Assembly (NCBI RefSeq): GCF_000143415.4
Contig: NW_003314299.1
Location: 1,285,502 to 1,349,501 of the forward strand
Length of the DNA stretch: 64,000 nucleotides
DNA from: Selaginella moellendorffii
Taxonomy: Eukaryota > Plantae > Lycopodiophyta
Direction of reading: 5' to 3'
Below are positions 25,193-38,674 of this stretch, piece after piece. The translations under genes and the position numbers were made by a program. Each line of letters opens with the position of its first letter. Positions within the stretch are counted from its first letter, which is position 1. The notes under the pieces are model-generated. The model made no database searches. It was not told the origin of the DNA and saw only the letters and a list, made by a program, of their open reading frames with translations.

Positions 25193-28100
25193 CACTCCCA
25201 CGTGTCATGTGTTGGTCCTTTTGGGTCCCTTTTTGGAGCCTCGCCTTTTGCTCGCTTCGTGCTCGTTCCTCGAGCACTTCGTTGGGAGTTCCACTCCCGC
25301 TCTTGACTTTTCAAGTCGGAGCTTTTGGTCCAAATGTGTTACGCTCGTTTGGCTCTCGCTTCGGCCACTACCATGTGGCGCCCTTCCGGCTCCACTTTGG
25401 GGCCTAGGGATTTTGTGTCTCACAACTCCACCACCCATAGACGAAGTTCGATGTCCTCATCGAACGGTGAACCATTTTATAAAGTAACACCCGCATGTGT
25501 TACCATTTCCATCCTTGGCGCGTAGCCAATATTTGTCAATGGCGTGACATTGAAGGCTCACTATGCCTTCTCCATATTCGTCAATGGTTGGACATTGAAG
25601 GCTCACCATGCCTTTTGCATACCCTCTAAGGAGGGTAGTCTCTCCAACTTAGAAACTGATTGGACCACATATAGTGGTTCTTTCCTTTTATTGGTTTAGT
25701 TCTCGCTAAACCTCTTAGAGACCCTTCTCTAAGTCAATCCCATTACTCCTTCTCGAGTAGTCTCGATTTCCATCGATATAGCCTTTGCACTTTGGAACTT
25801 TGAATTTTGACTTCTTGGAGTCAATTTCCTAGGTGTCTCCGACACCTTGCCTTGCACCTTTTTGTGCAACTCCACTTCCCATCCTAGGAAGTTCTCTACT
25901 CGAGGGCACCATCATCCTCTCTTCTATTTCGTGCCAAAGTTCCAGTTATCATACTTTGTGCTAGGGCTATTCATGGCCCTATCATTTGGCTACCTTACCG
26001 CTCCCTCCCTTGGAGCTTCCACTTTCGCCAAATCGGAGCATTTCGGAATCCCTCCTTGGAAGCACACTTCCTTTCCCGCAACTTGTTAGCGTCCAACACA
26101 TTAGTGTTCCTCGCCTAACTTTGTCATTTGGATTCCTTCCAAGGGATTCCACGGCCCTATCTTGGCCACTCATCTTTTGCTCCTATCCGTTAATTGTTGC
26201 ACCAAGCAACATCGAATCTCTACCTCCCTTCTTGAGGTATTGTTTCGGTTCCATAGCAAAGACTCTTCTTTGCCAAGTCCGGAGGATGTTCACCCCTAGT
26301 ACATCTCTTTAGCATCTTCTGCTATGGGCTCTATCCACGGCCCAACTTCGTGACCCTCCCATGGGTCTTTTATAGAGACTACTTTCCTCGGACTCACTAT
26401 GCCATCGCACGGACATAGTTTATTTCCCTTAGGTGCTCTTCCCACTTGGTCATCACGACCAAGCCACACCACCTTAAACAGTTCAATTTCAACATTTTGA
26501 ACTAGGAACTTCATTCCTTAGCCAACCAAGGACCTTGTCCTTATCTGGCCATAAGATCACTTAGTGATCTCACCTTGGCACCTTAACAAAGTTGCCAAGA
26601 GGTACTTGGTCTTCTAGACCTCCAAGTTGTTGACTATAACCCCAGGGGCATCCCCCACACTTGGCGGTGCACCCAAGCCAGCCCTTACGGCCAAGGGTTC
26701 ATAGCAACTGAGATTAGGTGTCCCCATCTCACTCACCACGACCTTGGTGCCACTTGCACCAAAGCGTTCAAGTTAGATATGCTGAGCTTTCACACTAAGC
26801 AATCTAACCGTGCATCACGACTCCGAGGCATCCCTCGCTTGGCGGTGTGCCCAAACCAGTCTCCCCACTGAGAGTCCATGACCACCGAAATATGAGTGTC
26901 CTCATATTCCAAACCATCACCACGCCCTAGTGATTTGGGACTCGAACCCAAACACTAGAGGGTCGGGACTCGAACCCAACCTCCGTATATGCATCTACAG
27001 ACGGCATCACACAAGATGCCTGGCGTGACTCCCCACGCCGGTGCACCAACTTATTTTTAAAGCGCGCTACAGATCACAGCTTAGGAACCTAGTTCCTCCA
27101 CACTACCAAGTCCTCTCACTTGACATGTCTGTGATCATGCATGGACTCCTCCATGCTCGGCCCCATGGCCCACCCTTTTTGAAGTTATCACCTTCAACTA
27201 GGGTATTTGTTCCCCGGACGTGCTAATCTCGCTTGGCAAGTCCTCCGACCACTGTAACATGGTTCCTGCATAAGCGTGAAAGTCCTTGACCATCGACTTT
27301 CGTTCAAAGCCCTCTCCTTGAACACTCGGGAACTACTTCCCTAACCTTGATAGCCTTGCCTCATGGCAAGCTTCAAGACCACGCTTCTGCTGCGCCACTC
27401 TGATTTCGCGCGTTCCATGAACCATTTACATTTGGCCTTTCTAGGTACTAAGCTACCTAGAATCGTCTTTGAGAACCTTGAAGGAACTCTGTCCCTCAGC
27501 TTGCTAAGGCCTCCCTTTTTGCAAGCCTTCCAAATGCCACATAGTCTAACATGGACAATTCCATATTTTAGACTCTCCATGGCATCACGATTGCTAGCGG
27601 CAACACCCTCGAGCCCCCACTTGATTCTCCACTCCCAGCTGGCATAACTAACCTTGGTTATGCCTTTTGATTCCTACGGTTCGGTTCTATCCCCTTACTT
27701 CTTGCTTTTTGGCTTCACACCTTTCCTTTGGTCATTCTCCTCCAGACTAGGAGGATAGCTTTGCACTTTCTATCATGCTTTAGCAAGTATTCTTAGGGAT
27801 GAACCTACTCAATAGCCTAGGGAGTGGTTCCTCAATCCGGGTATGCTCACCTTATAATCCCACACACTGGGATTACATTGTTGCTTATGGGCCTTTACAT
27901 GCCCATCACTAGCCTTGCCAAAATTCCATTTTTGGCTTTGTCCAACTCGGGTAGACAGTCCTCTCCTGTCTCCGCAACCTTGGACATTTGGATAGCACCT
28001 TCTATCCATCATTTGCTAGGGACTTAGTCCCTTGGGCTTTATCCATTGCCCTCGCGACATCAAACACCACCTTCTGGTGTTCTAGAGTGTTCGGGTGTCC

Positions 28101-30454
28101 CAATGATGGCTTTCTTGACAATGAGTATTTCCTTTTATAACATTGACTTACTATATCGCAACACAAGCAACTTTTCCCTCGTAAGGGTATATCCAACTTC
28201 CCTATGCTATTAAGAAGTCTTGGGTAGCTACCTTCTACCCGTTTAACCAGTTATTTTGCACCTCTTGCTTAGTTGCCTCATAGTTGTCAAGTCTTACAAC
28301 TCATTGCTTGGTGCTTTCACACCTCCATCATTATCTGGGTCACCACACTCCAACTGCATGCTCTGCAGCTTAGGCTATGCTATTCCCATTTCCATTGGGA
28401 TTCCTTTGGCAAGGGGTTCTCATAAACCCACCAACATAGCCTCAAGGTATCACACCTTGGCACATTTGGTGTCTCCACACCATCGGCTCCACGAGCCTAC
28501 CTCAATAACATTTCCCCTTCGTGTCTAAGTCTTTGCCAAGACCAACACCGCTCTTTCTCATGCCAACCATCCGTTAGCACTGCACCATAGAGGTCACACA
28601 TAACTTTATGTCAAAATTGTTTTCTTCTGGGAACACCTTTCCCATAACTTTAGCATGGCACATTTTGCCATCGATGAAATACCCTCTGTTTTCATCCTTG
28701 GATCCTATGATCCCCCCCCCCCCCCATCCTTTGTGGGGTACAACACACCTCAGTCCAAATGCTTCCATCAGTCCTTTTAGGACCATCCGTTGACTCTACT
28801 TGAGTCATCCAGCAGTTTTGGACTTGGTTAATCCACAGACCCGTAAGGTCCTACTTGTGAGGCACTAGCTCACTGGAATACACTTCTTGCATTCCTGTCC
28901 TACTCAAAAGGACTATTTTCACAAGTGTTACTCCGACACTTGTTTTTGTTCTCTGGGGGCAACCTTTGCCCCTTAGGACTACTTGTCCATGTGATGAGAA
29001 CACCAACTCATCCACTCAATACACCCCCAACTCCTTGGGTTGTTCCAGCATTTATTAGAGGTAGCCCCGGCTACCTTTTCAAGGACTTGAGTCCTCTTCC
29101 GTATTTGACCTCTCACAGTCATCCATTCCGGTCTCACCTTCATGAGCACCAGCCTCAACCATGTGAGGATAAACTTGTGACTCCTTTATTGTTTTTGGAG
29201 TCTCTATCTTCCCCGTGATCCCAACTATAGTTGTTTACCCCAACTACATTAGCCCGTTTGCTGAGTCAAACGCTCATCTGGATCACCTCCTCAACTCAAT
29301 GAGGAAAACCTTGCACTGTTCCCAAGATCCCAAAGTCGTTCCATTATTGGCCCCTTTTCTATCCACCACCTTGTCTACAAGTTCACACATGAACTGTAAT
29401 GGAGAGCCATGTCTTCCCGACCTGCTACTCCTCAAGGATAGGCCCACTTCTCGGACCTTCTGTTGCCAACACCAGTGGTGATATACTTGAGCACCAATAA
29501 AAGTCGGACTAAGGAACAGCTCCGATACCAAGTTGTAAGCGACTAAATTTTCCATTCTACTTTAGTCACTTAACCACACCTCCGAACACTTGGAGGAGTC
29601 TCATTCACAACCTCCATAAGTCCAATCCAGGACTTAGGACTTGCTAGCCCCGAGAATGGCATCCATGCCACTCAACATTTGCTCTTGGTCCAAGTGCTCC
29701 ACGTGTCCGATCCCATGACCGACACTCAAAGGTACCACCACTTGCATCACCATCTTGGCTCTCCAAGACTAAGCAAACCATCCGTGAGTGGTCATCTCAG
29801 ATCCACTCCTTAGCATCCTTAGGATGCCCACCGACAAGGGGAATAGCCTTCCCCAATATCCCTCTGTCAGTCTCCACTAAGTCCCTTTCTGCCCCTGGCC
29901 GTGTTTGACAACACTGCCACTGGATCGACCACTAAGTCCCACGGTCCTCTGAGACTTCCTCACCACACGACTATGTCCTTGGTCACTACCCCAGAGGACT
30001 GCTCCTCTTCCTTTCCACAGTCTGGGCCTTTGGGACAACATTTCGGAACACCGTGGCCTTACGCGAGCCACCTGGGTACTCTCCTCGCCTTCTGCCCTTG
30101 GGTGCTCTAGCCATGGGCTTAGAGCGGGTTCCGTTGAGCCACACCAGGTATCCAAGTAGGTAGTGCCACCCACACTTGGACTGGGAGCATCGGCCAGTCG
30201 ATCTCCCGGGGGAACTAGAGCCGGCTCTTGAACACTTCACCAAGCTACCCCGCTTGTCGGTCTGTGTTCACTCTAGTCTTGGACTTCCCAGTGGGCAGCT
30301 CATCACCCAACACTGGGTCCGGCCTTCCTGGGCCAAACTGGCCTTTCTTGGCCAAACTGGCTCCACTGCAGTCCTCCCCCTACTATACTTTTGGAGCTCA
30401 CCAAACCCCCCAGGGTCTGGGAGACGAACGCTTTGGGCTTTCACCCTCTCAGGC

Positions 30455-31134
30455 TTCGGACTCGGACTCGGACTCGGACTCGGACTCGGACTCGGATTCG
30501 GACTCGGACTCGGGCTCGGGCTCGGTCTCGGCCTCGGCCTCGGCCTCGGTCTCGGTCTCGGTCCCGATCTCGGTCTCGGTCTTGGTCTCGGTCTCGGTCC
30601 TGGTCTCGGTCTCGACTTCAGACTCCATCTCGGACTCCATCTCGGACTCCATCTCGGGTCCATCTCGGACTCCATCTCGGACTCCATCTCGGGTCCATCT
30701 CGGGTCCATCTCGGACTCCATCTCGGACTCCATCTCGGGTCCATCTCGGACTCCATCTCGGACTCCATTTCGGGTCCATCTCGGGTCCACCTCGGACTCC
30801 ATCTCGGACTCCATCTCGGGTCCATCTCGGACTCCACTTCGGACTCCAACTCGGGTCCATCTCGGGTCCACCTCGGACTCCACTTCGGACTCCATCTCGG
30901 ACTCCATCTCGGGTCCATCTCGGACTCCACTTCGGACTCCAACTCGGGTCCATCTCGGACTCCACTTCGGACTCCAACTCGGGTCCATCTCGGACTCCAC
31001 TTCGGACTCCAACTCGGGTCCATCTCGGACTCCACTTCGGACTCCAACTCGGGTCCATCTCGGACTCCACTTCGGACTCCAACTCGGGTCCATCTCAGAC
31101 TCCACTTCGGACTCCAACTCGAGCCCATCTCGGA
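30455..31134. repeat. LTR minisatellite, expanded copy in the other LTR of element C
   Basis: Same units, ~110 bp longer. Confidence 0.95.
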
Positions 31135-34100
31135 CACTCCCACGTGTCATGTGTTGGTCCTTTTGGGTCCCTTTTTGGAGCCTCGCCTTTTGCTCGCTTC
31201 GTGCTCGTTCCTCGAGCACTTCGTTGGGAGTTCCACTCCCGCTCTTGACTTTTCAAGTCGGAGCTTTTGGTCCAAACGTGTTACGCTCGTTTGGCTCTCG
31301 CTTCGGCCACTACCATGTGGCGCCCTTCCGGCTCCACTTTGGGGCCTAGGGATTTTGTGTCTCACAACTTGGTCTTGGACCCGATTTCGGACTTGGTCTC
31401 GGACTCGATCTCGGACTCGATCTTGGACCCGATCTCGGACTCAACTTCAAACTCGACCTTGGACTCAGTCTCGGACCCGATTCAGATCTCAGAGTCGATC
31501 TTGGACTCGATCTTCGACGCAGTCCCATCCGATGAACTCTTTGTCATTTTTGTCATGCTTTCGGGGATCCTTTAGCCTATGACACATCGGGGAGTTGGTT
31601 CCTTACATTACATTGCTGGCATATAGGGCAAGAATGGACATAATCTGCTACATCACCTTCCATACCAGACCAAAAAAATCCCTTTTTCAATGAAGTAAGA
31701 GTCTTGTGTTTTTCACCATGTCCTATAGTTGGAACATCGTGATGTTCCTGCAGAAACAACTGCTATAGATCCTTAGAGGGAAGGTACAATTTTTCTTTAT
31801 AGAATATAAGCCCATCCCAAACTGAGAAGTGAAGCTTCATATTGGCATGACTAGCAACTTTTGCCGCTTTGCTACCAGGGTTCTGCTTCAACAACTCCAC
31901 ATGGTGCAAGATTGCCTTTGCCAATGGATCACTTCCATATGAAACCCGAATGTCCTCCAACCAGTTTGAACTAATTGCCAATATCACCTAGAACTGAGCT
32001 TGCCAGCTCAACACATCTGGAACAATATTGTCTTTACCAGGTTTATAGATGATTTCAATATCAAATCTAGCGAACTTCTCTTGCCAGTGAACTTGCTTCG
32101 GCATAAGCTTTGGCTGCATAGCAAAGTAGCTCAGTGTGTTACTATCTATATAAACCTTAGTATGTCCACCCAAATAATGTTTCCAGTGTTTTAATGCTGA
32201 CATTATAGCAAACATCTCTTTCTCATGTGTTGACCATTTTTGTTGGGTTTCATCCAACATTTTGGAATAGAACACAACAACCATGTCGCCTTAGCATAAC
32301 ACCAACTGCTTTGTCACAATCTTGCTGCAACACGGCACCAATAGCATAGCCAGATGCATCATAATGCACCTCAAAGGGTTTATCAAGATCCGAAATCCTA
32401 AGAACAAAAACCATAGTCAAGATCTCCTTCAACCGTACAAAAGCATGCTGACAAGCTAGTGTCCAATGAAACAAGATACTATTCTTCATTAACTCAGTCA
32501 ACGAAAGAGCAATTCTTGCAAAATTGCCGAACAACTTACAATAATATTTTACCCAAATGAGCAAAGAACGAACATTTGATACAGTGGTTAAAACTTTCTA
32601 GGACTTCACTGCTTCCACCTTCTTTGGATCCACCTCAATTACGCCACCACCAACTATATGTCCAAGAAAGTTCACATGCAATTGTCCAAAAGTGTATTTA
32701 CTTTTCTTAACATACAGTTTGTGTTCACACAACTTCTGAAACACCAGCTCCAAGTGTTTCAAATGATCCTCCAACATTTCACTAAAGACTAAAACATCGT
32801 TTATATATAAGATAATAAATGTATCTAAATAATCTCTGAATATTCTATCCATCATAGTGCTGAATGTTGCCAGAGTATTGCATAACCCAAATGGCATGAC
32901 AAGGAACTCATAAGATTCATACCAAATCTTAAAGGCTGTCTTCTCCACATCCTTATCTGCTACCCGTATCTAATGATACCTGGACTGCAAATCAAGTTGC
33001 ATAAAATACTTAGCCTTTAAGAGTTGGTCAAACAAGTCATCAATATGAGGCAAAGGATAATTGTTTTTGACTGTGATCTTGTTAAGTGCCAGATAATCAA
33101 TACACATCCTCATGATTCTATCCTTCTTCATAACAAAAAAGACCAGCACTCCATAAAGTGACTTGCTTGGTTAAATATAACCTTTGTTAAGAAGCTCTAT
33201 GAGTTGCTTCTTGAGTTCAGCCATATCTTTGATATTCAACCGATATAAAGCTTTTGTAGGTGGTTTAGAACCTAGAATGACCTCAATCCGATAATCAACT
33301 TGAGGTAGCCCTAGTGGCAAATCCTTCGGAAAGACATCCTGATTCCTCACCAACAACTCTAATTTCTTCTTTGGTACAAGATTAACCCCATCACCAATTC
33401 AAATTGAGTCATTAACACCCTCAACTTGCATCACTTGAACCCAAAAGGTCCGACATCCCTTCTTAGCTGCTTTTTGAGTGGATCTCGCAGTCAGGAACTT
33501 AGCATCCCAATCCTTTGAGGAGCTCTTTTGCAACTATAAGGACACATTGGGATGCTCTTCTGACTTCAATGTGATGCGACTTTGTCTAACACTATAAATC
33601 CCTTTACTATATTTGTTGAAGAAATCCATACCAAACATCATCTGAAAATCTAGTATCTTCAACACTACCAAGTCCACTTTTTCTTTCCACTTGGATATTT
33701 TTATTGGAACATCACTCACAAATTTCCAAGCTACTTGCCCACCTTCCACAAACCAAAAGTGCATGGGCAACATTTGCTCAGCATTCAATCCTAACAACTT
33801 AGCTAAGTCTTCGAATATCACGCTGTACATAGCTCTTGTATCAATTATTACTTAGATTCGGTGTCCGTGAACAAAGCCTACCAGATACATCAACAGATAA
33901 ATGTTTGCATTGACTGCGAGAAAATGTTAAGGAAAGTAACTCACCTCCTCTTCCTCATAGTCTACACTGACCAACTTGTCAACCCCTTCAACTTCACCAC
34001 CACTGTCTTCCTTCATGACATTAACACGGGACCTTGTGTTATGTTTGTTGGGGCATTCCAAGGACCTATGTCTTGACTCTCCATAATGGAAGCAATGACC

Positions 34101-35932
34101 CACACTACCTGTTCCACTAGGAGTCGGTTTCGCAAGTTGTTGCGACTTGTACCCACTAAGAGGAGGAAACGAGGGCTTAGGACTAAAAGAAACTGCTGGT
34201 GGTTGCCAACCACCACCACCTTTGTTAACTATTGCTTGTGAGCCTCCTGGAACCTTCCTTCCACCCTCTGTTTCCGATCACCTTGTTTATTCCCAAAATT
34301 CTTATTCTTATCCAAAGGACTAGCATACGGTTGCTGATATCATTCCATTAGTGAGTGATTAAAGGCAACTTGTTATGTTGCCTCCTTACACTCCATATCA
34401 CTCATATTTACAATCATAATGCACTTTTGAAAAAACACATTAATGTAATGCATAAGGTCCCCTCACTGCTTCAACTACTGTAGCTCCACACAAAGTCTCA
34501 AACCAAGATCATCCGTACGAGACTGCATCTTGGTCTAACTTCTAGTCTGCCCCTTTTCAGCACACACTTAGCGCCACTAAATTTTGGCATGATTAGTGAG
34601 AAAGGATTGCCTGCACATAACTTTTGTACAATCATCTATGTCTGCCGCTATGAAATAATTTTCCATATCATAGACCCAGTCTTCCAAAACCTTATAGTCT
34701 CACATGCTTATAAAATTGGGTGGTTTCAGAGCTTTGAACTTTGAAACTCGTGCAACTGGAGGCGACTGCAAAACTTCATCATCCTCAAAACTTAAAGAGG
34801 AGTCCAGTTGCTTAGGTTTTGCTGGTTTAGTTGCCTCAACTTCTTTCTTCTTCTTCTTGTTCTCCTCCCTTCACAAATTCTCAATCTCAACTTCCTAAGC
34901 CGTACACTGCAGTGCTGTAGTATCTAGCTCTTCCTCTTTTGACTCAGCCTCTACCTCTTTTGTAGCATCTCTAGTAGGAGTTTCCTCCTCTCGATTCACC
35001 TGTCTAAAGATTTCAGCATCATCAACATGGTTTCTTTTCACCATCCCACTAGCTGCATGCATGCCTCTATCAATAATTGAACATGCATACAACGTTTTAC
35101 CAAATGGTGCAATCCTACTAATCCTACATAGGTCGCTTCAAATTTACTAGAAAAGTCTCTACATATGCAACTTGAGTCAAAAAATTTGACAAAAGTTGAA
35201 TAGAAATCACTGAGACAATCTCTCTAATACCAAATGTAGTACTATCCCCCCCCCCTTGAGGAATACACGCTTTGGGCTTTCACCCCAAGACTCCCTTAGT
35301 ATCAAGAGTTAGTCTCTGGGACAAGCTTGAAACTTACTAAATATGGAATTTTCCTAGATTGCGAATTTAGACACGGGATGAACACCATTGTGTTCAAGCC
35401 AATCTCTACATTCTATAGATATGCCAAATTAACAAATCTAAACACTGTCCATAATTAGCCAATAGAACAAAACGAGACTAACACAAAGGGCATGATAGCA
35501 AGGGTGTTTGGCAAATATGGTAAGCTATCATCCAACAATATTGAGGGACTAGTCTCAATATGTGTTCTTGCCATGCTAATGCAAGACAGAGCAAAAGAGA
35601 ATTAACAAATCGGGCCAAATATACTTGGCTAAATAAACACTTTTTTTTCTTTATGCTCATCCAGCTAAGTACAAATGCTAAATTTAATTTACGAACACTT
35701 GGACAAGAGGGGCTAATAAAGGAAATCAACAGTTCCAACCTCTTGCATTATGGTAGTAAAGAAGAGTGTCTGTAAAGATTGGCCGACAAATATCTTTCAA
35801 TACCCAAAGTCACATTCGCGACACTCTCCCCCCCTTAAGGAAGATCAACGTCCTCGTCAATGCATACTCGAGTCTAGCAAACTGTCAAGGAAATAACTCC
35901 AAAAGTTAATAGAAAGCACACTATGTGGGAAA

Positions 35933-36171
35933 TTTTGTTTCCAAGCTCGTTTTTATAATAAAAGGTTTTCTATTCTTCTCTCCGTATTTGTTGATACAAG
36001 CTTGTATTTATCTTCTATTGTTTGACCTATTACCATACATTGTTATTTACATTTGTATCATACGGTAAAGCTAGTTTTCATTCTTTATGGTAACAGTTGT
36101 ACATATGCATGTGCAAGAGATGAGGTGGACCTGGTTGCATGTGTGGGCAATCTTGAGCTTGAGTTGCAGTT
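35933..36171 (+). mobile_element. Protease fragment of the S-family Gypsy (probable continuation of S1)
   Basis: FQARFYNKR..VDT..YGNSCTYACARDEVDL matches the protease at ~54420-54860 (-). Confidence 0.75.
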
Positions 36172-36605
36172 TGTAAGCCATAAATTTTTTCTTTTCAATT
36201 TGTCAGCTTACCTTATTTATTTAACTACCACTACTTTAGCCTTAGTTAAGTTCCCTCGCCAAGGTTCCCACTTATTGTACCAGCTCTTACTTGGTTTCAA
36301 CAACTCATTATATGAGAAACAGAGCATTAACTATCCATCCACAGATTCCCAAATTTTCTTCCAATCCCCCTTCCTGGGTTAAATTGAACTTAAGGTTCAG
36401 CTACACTCTCCATAAGCACAAACACAAGCATTAAGTGCAACACTTGTTTCGGGACACTAAAGGGAAACACCGAAGCTTAACGGCCCAGTATGGGTGCCCC
36501 TACTCCCCCACTTCCATCATAAAGGGTAGGCCCAAGCCCTTAAGAAGGGATGAGGATGAATGAGCCACAAGGTACTAAAGTGGGGCATTACTCCACTTGA
36601 GTTGA
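36172..36605 (-). mobile_element. Truncated B-family LTR
   Basis: tgtaagccataaatt.. colinear with 16785-17300. Confidence 0.8.
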
Positions 36606-36976
36606 GAGCATCTTATGGACTTCACTTTAGTTACAATTGAGTGTTAATCATGTATAGTTAGCCTTTTCAAAGCATGCTCAGAGTTGTTAGTTAAACATAT
36701 TAGTAAATTTATTGTTGTATGATTAAATTTCACACAGCATAACTCAGCAGTCATCATCTCTGTGGGTGTGAACAGTAATAACCTTGATCAGCCACTCTGT
36801 GGGTATACTTATGTCTTTCAATTTTCGTTTCTCATCTAGTTTCTTAAGCAGCGACGAAGATGCAATTACTGGATCTCTTGGCCGTGAGGTATGCCCAGCG
36901 ACTGATAGTAGGACATAGATCTGTCTGGTTATTTTCTCCATGGAGAGTTTAGATCTCTCTCACACTCATCAGAAAA

Positions 36977-37593
<617 letters not shown>

Positions 37594-38674
37594 AATATTT
37601 ATTTTGCATTGATCCATCCATTATAATTGCAATTTTGGATCCATCTAGTACGGACATACATTTAGCATGTATACCCGAAAAGCACAAGTGCTGAGTTAAA
37701 AACCCTAAACTCTAAGGAATGACAAAGATACACTATCTCAATCAGCCAAAAAACATTTAGATTTAATCGAACATTACCAATGTACCGTTTGCTTAACTTG
37801 CAGGAAAAATAAAAAGCCCTAGAACAATCAATTAAAATGAATACTCTACAGATTTAGATGGGTTATATGACATATACCAAAAAAAATCAATCACTCCTTT
37901 ATAAAATAGAATAATGAGGAACAAAATAAATTCCAAAAACGATTTGTGCAACTTAAAAAGTTGGAGCATTTGATTATATTTTTACCCTTATTCTTTGCAT
38001 GCTGGATAAATTGTACTGTGACATCCTACCAAAATCATGATGCAAGAGGGACCTAACCTGTATTTTATATTGCTGTTATCTGTTTTCATTTTGGCTTTTA
38101 AGCTTGGTCCCTATGTTTGATCTCTCTCGTTTGGACCTCCTCAAGCTCTTCATGCTTGAGGAGGCAGAACAACAACAAAGCCATCATGTTGAAGATAAGT
38201 TTTAGGTCCTTGTTCAAAGAAAGCAGTGACTTGAACTGGGTATTGAACGTGAGCTCACACGAGTAAACTGGTAGAGGAGTTCAGCAAACGGCTCACGAGA
38301 TCAATTTGTCAATCTCATGCTTTTTGGTGGGTGCCACAAGACCTTGTAAACAGCTAATGAATGAATGAATGAATCTAAGGCCTATCAATAAGGATGAAGG
38401 ACTGGACAAACACATAGTTTAAAAGTTGTCCGTATCTAGTTAACATCCCACCAAGTAGCTGAAGAAGCAGCTGTCTTACTTTACAGCATTCTCATTCTGT
38501 TTCCAATTTCTTTTTAAGCTTGGTCATATCTGTCGTTTGCACGCACGTTCGTCATGCTAGAGGAGGACCACTTTGTTTAAAAGCCCCGAGCTTGTGCCCA
38601 ACACAAGCACACCTTGTACTCAAGTAGTGTGTTCTTAGCAGCTCATACTTCACTTCTTTGCATCAATTGCAGTG

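Larger units (their letters stand above)
23688..31366 (-). mobile_element. Non-autonomous LARD-like LTR element C, TSD ACTTG; LTRs 23688-25424 and 29534-31366
   Basis: ACTTG at 23683-23687 and 31367-31371; near-identical LTRs; PBS TGGTATCGGAGC (29519-29530); same PPT as B; 4.1-kb interior with no intact gag/pol. Confidence 0.88.
16785..31607 (-). mobile_element. Chromovirus Ty3/Gypsy element B, full length, TSD TTACA; LTRs 16785-17921 and 22960-31607 (interrupted by C)
   Basis: TTACA at 16780-16784 and 31608-31612; PBS TGGTATCAGAGC (22945-22956); PPT ATGGGTGGTGGAGT. Confidence 0.92.
14284..35823 (-). mobile_element. Chromovirus Ty3/Gypsy element A (degenerate); LTRs 14284-15062 and 35235-35823 (internally deleted); hosts element B
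   Basis: TG..CA LTRs, PBS rc of ctctaatacca (~35223), PPT adjacent to 15063; gag (KVLEDWVYDMENYF), RT ([12 protein letters not shown]), RNase H, integrase, chromodomain EYEVEAIL..EYLV..KGYP at ~15690-15850; many stops. Confidence 0.85.

Noticed and set aside
24345-25487. 200-470 aa low-complexity ORFs (GL, SD, RS, ES repeats) here and at 30176-31582
   Set aside because: Translations of the LTR minisatellite; open in nearly all frames
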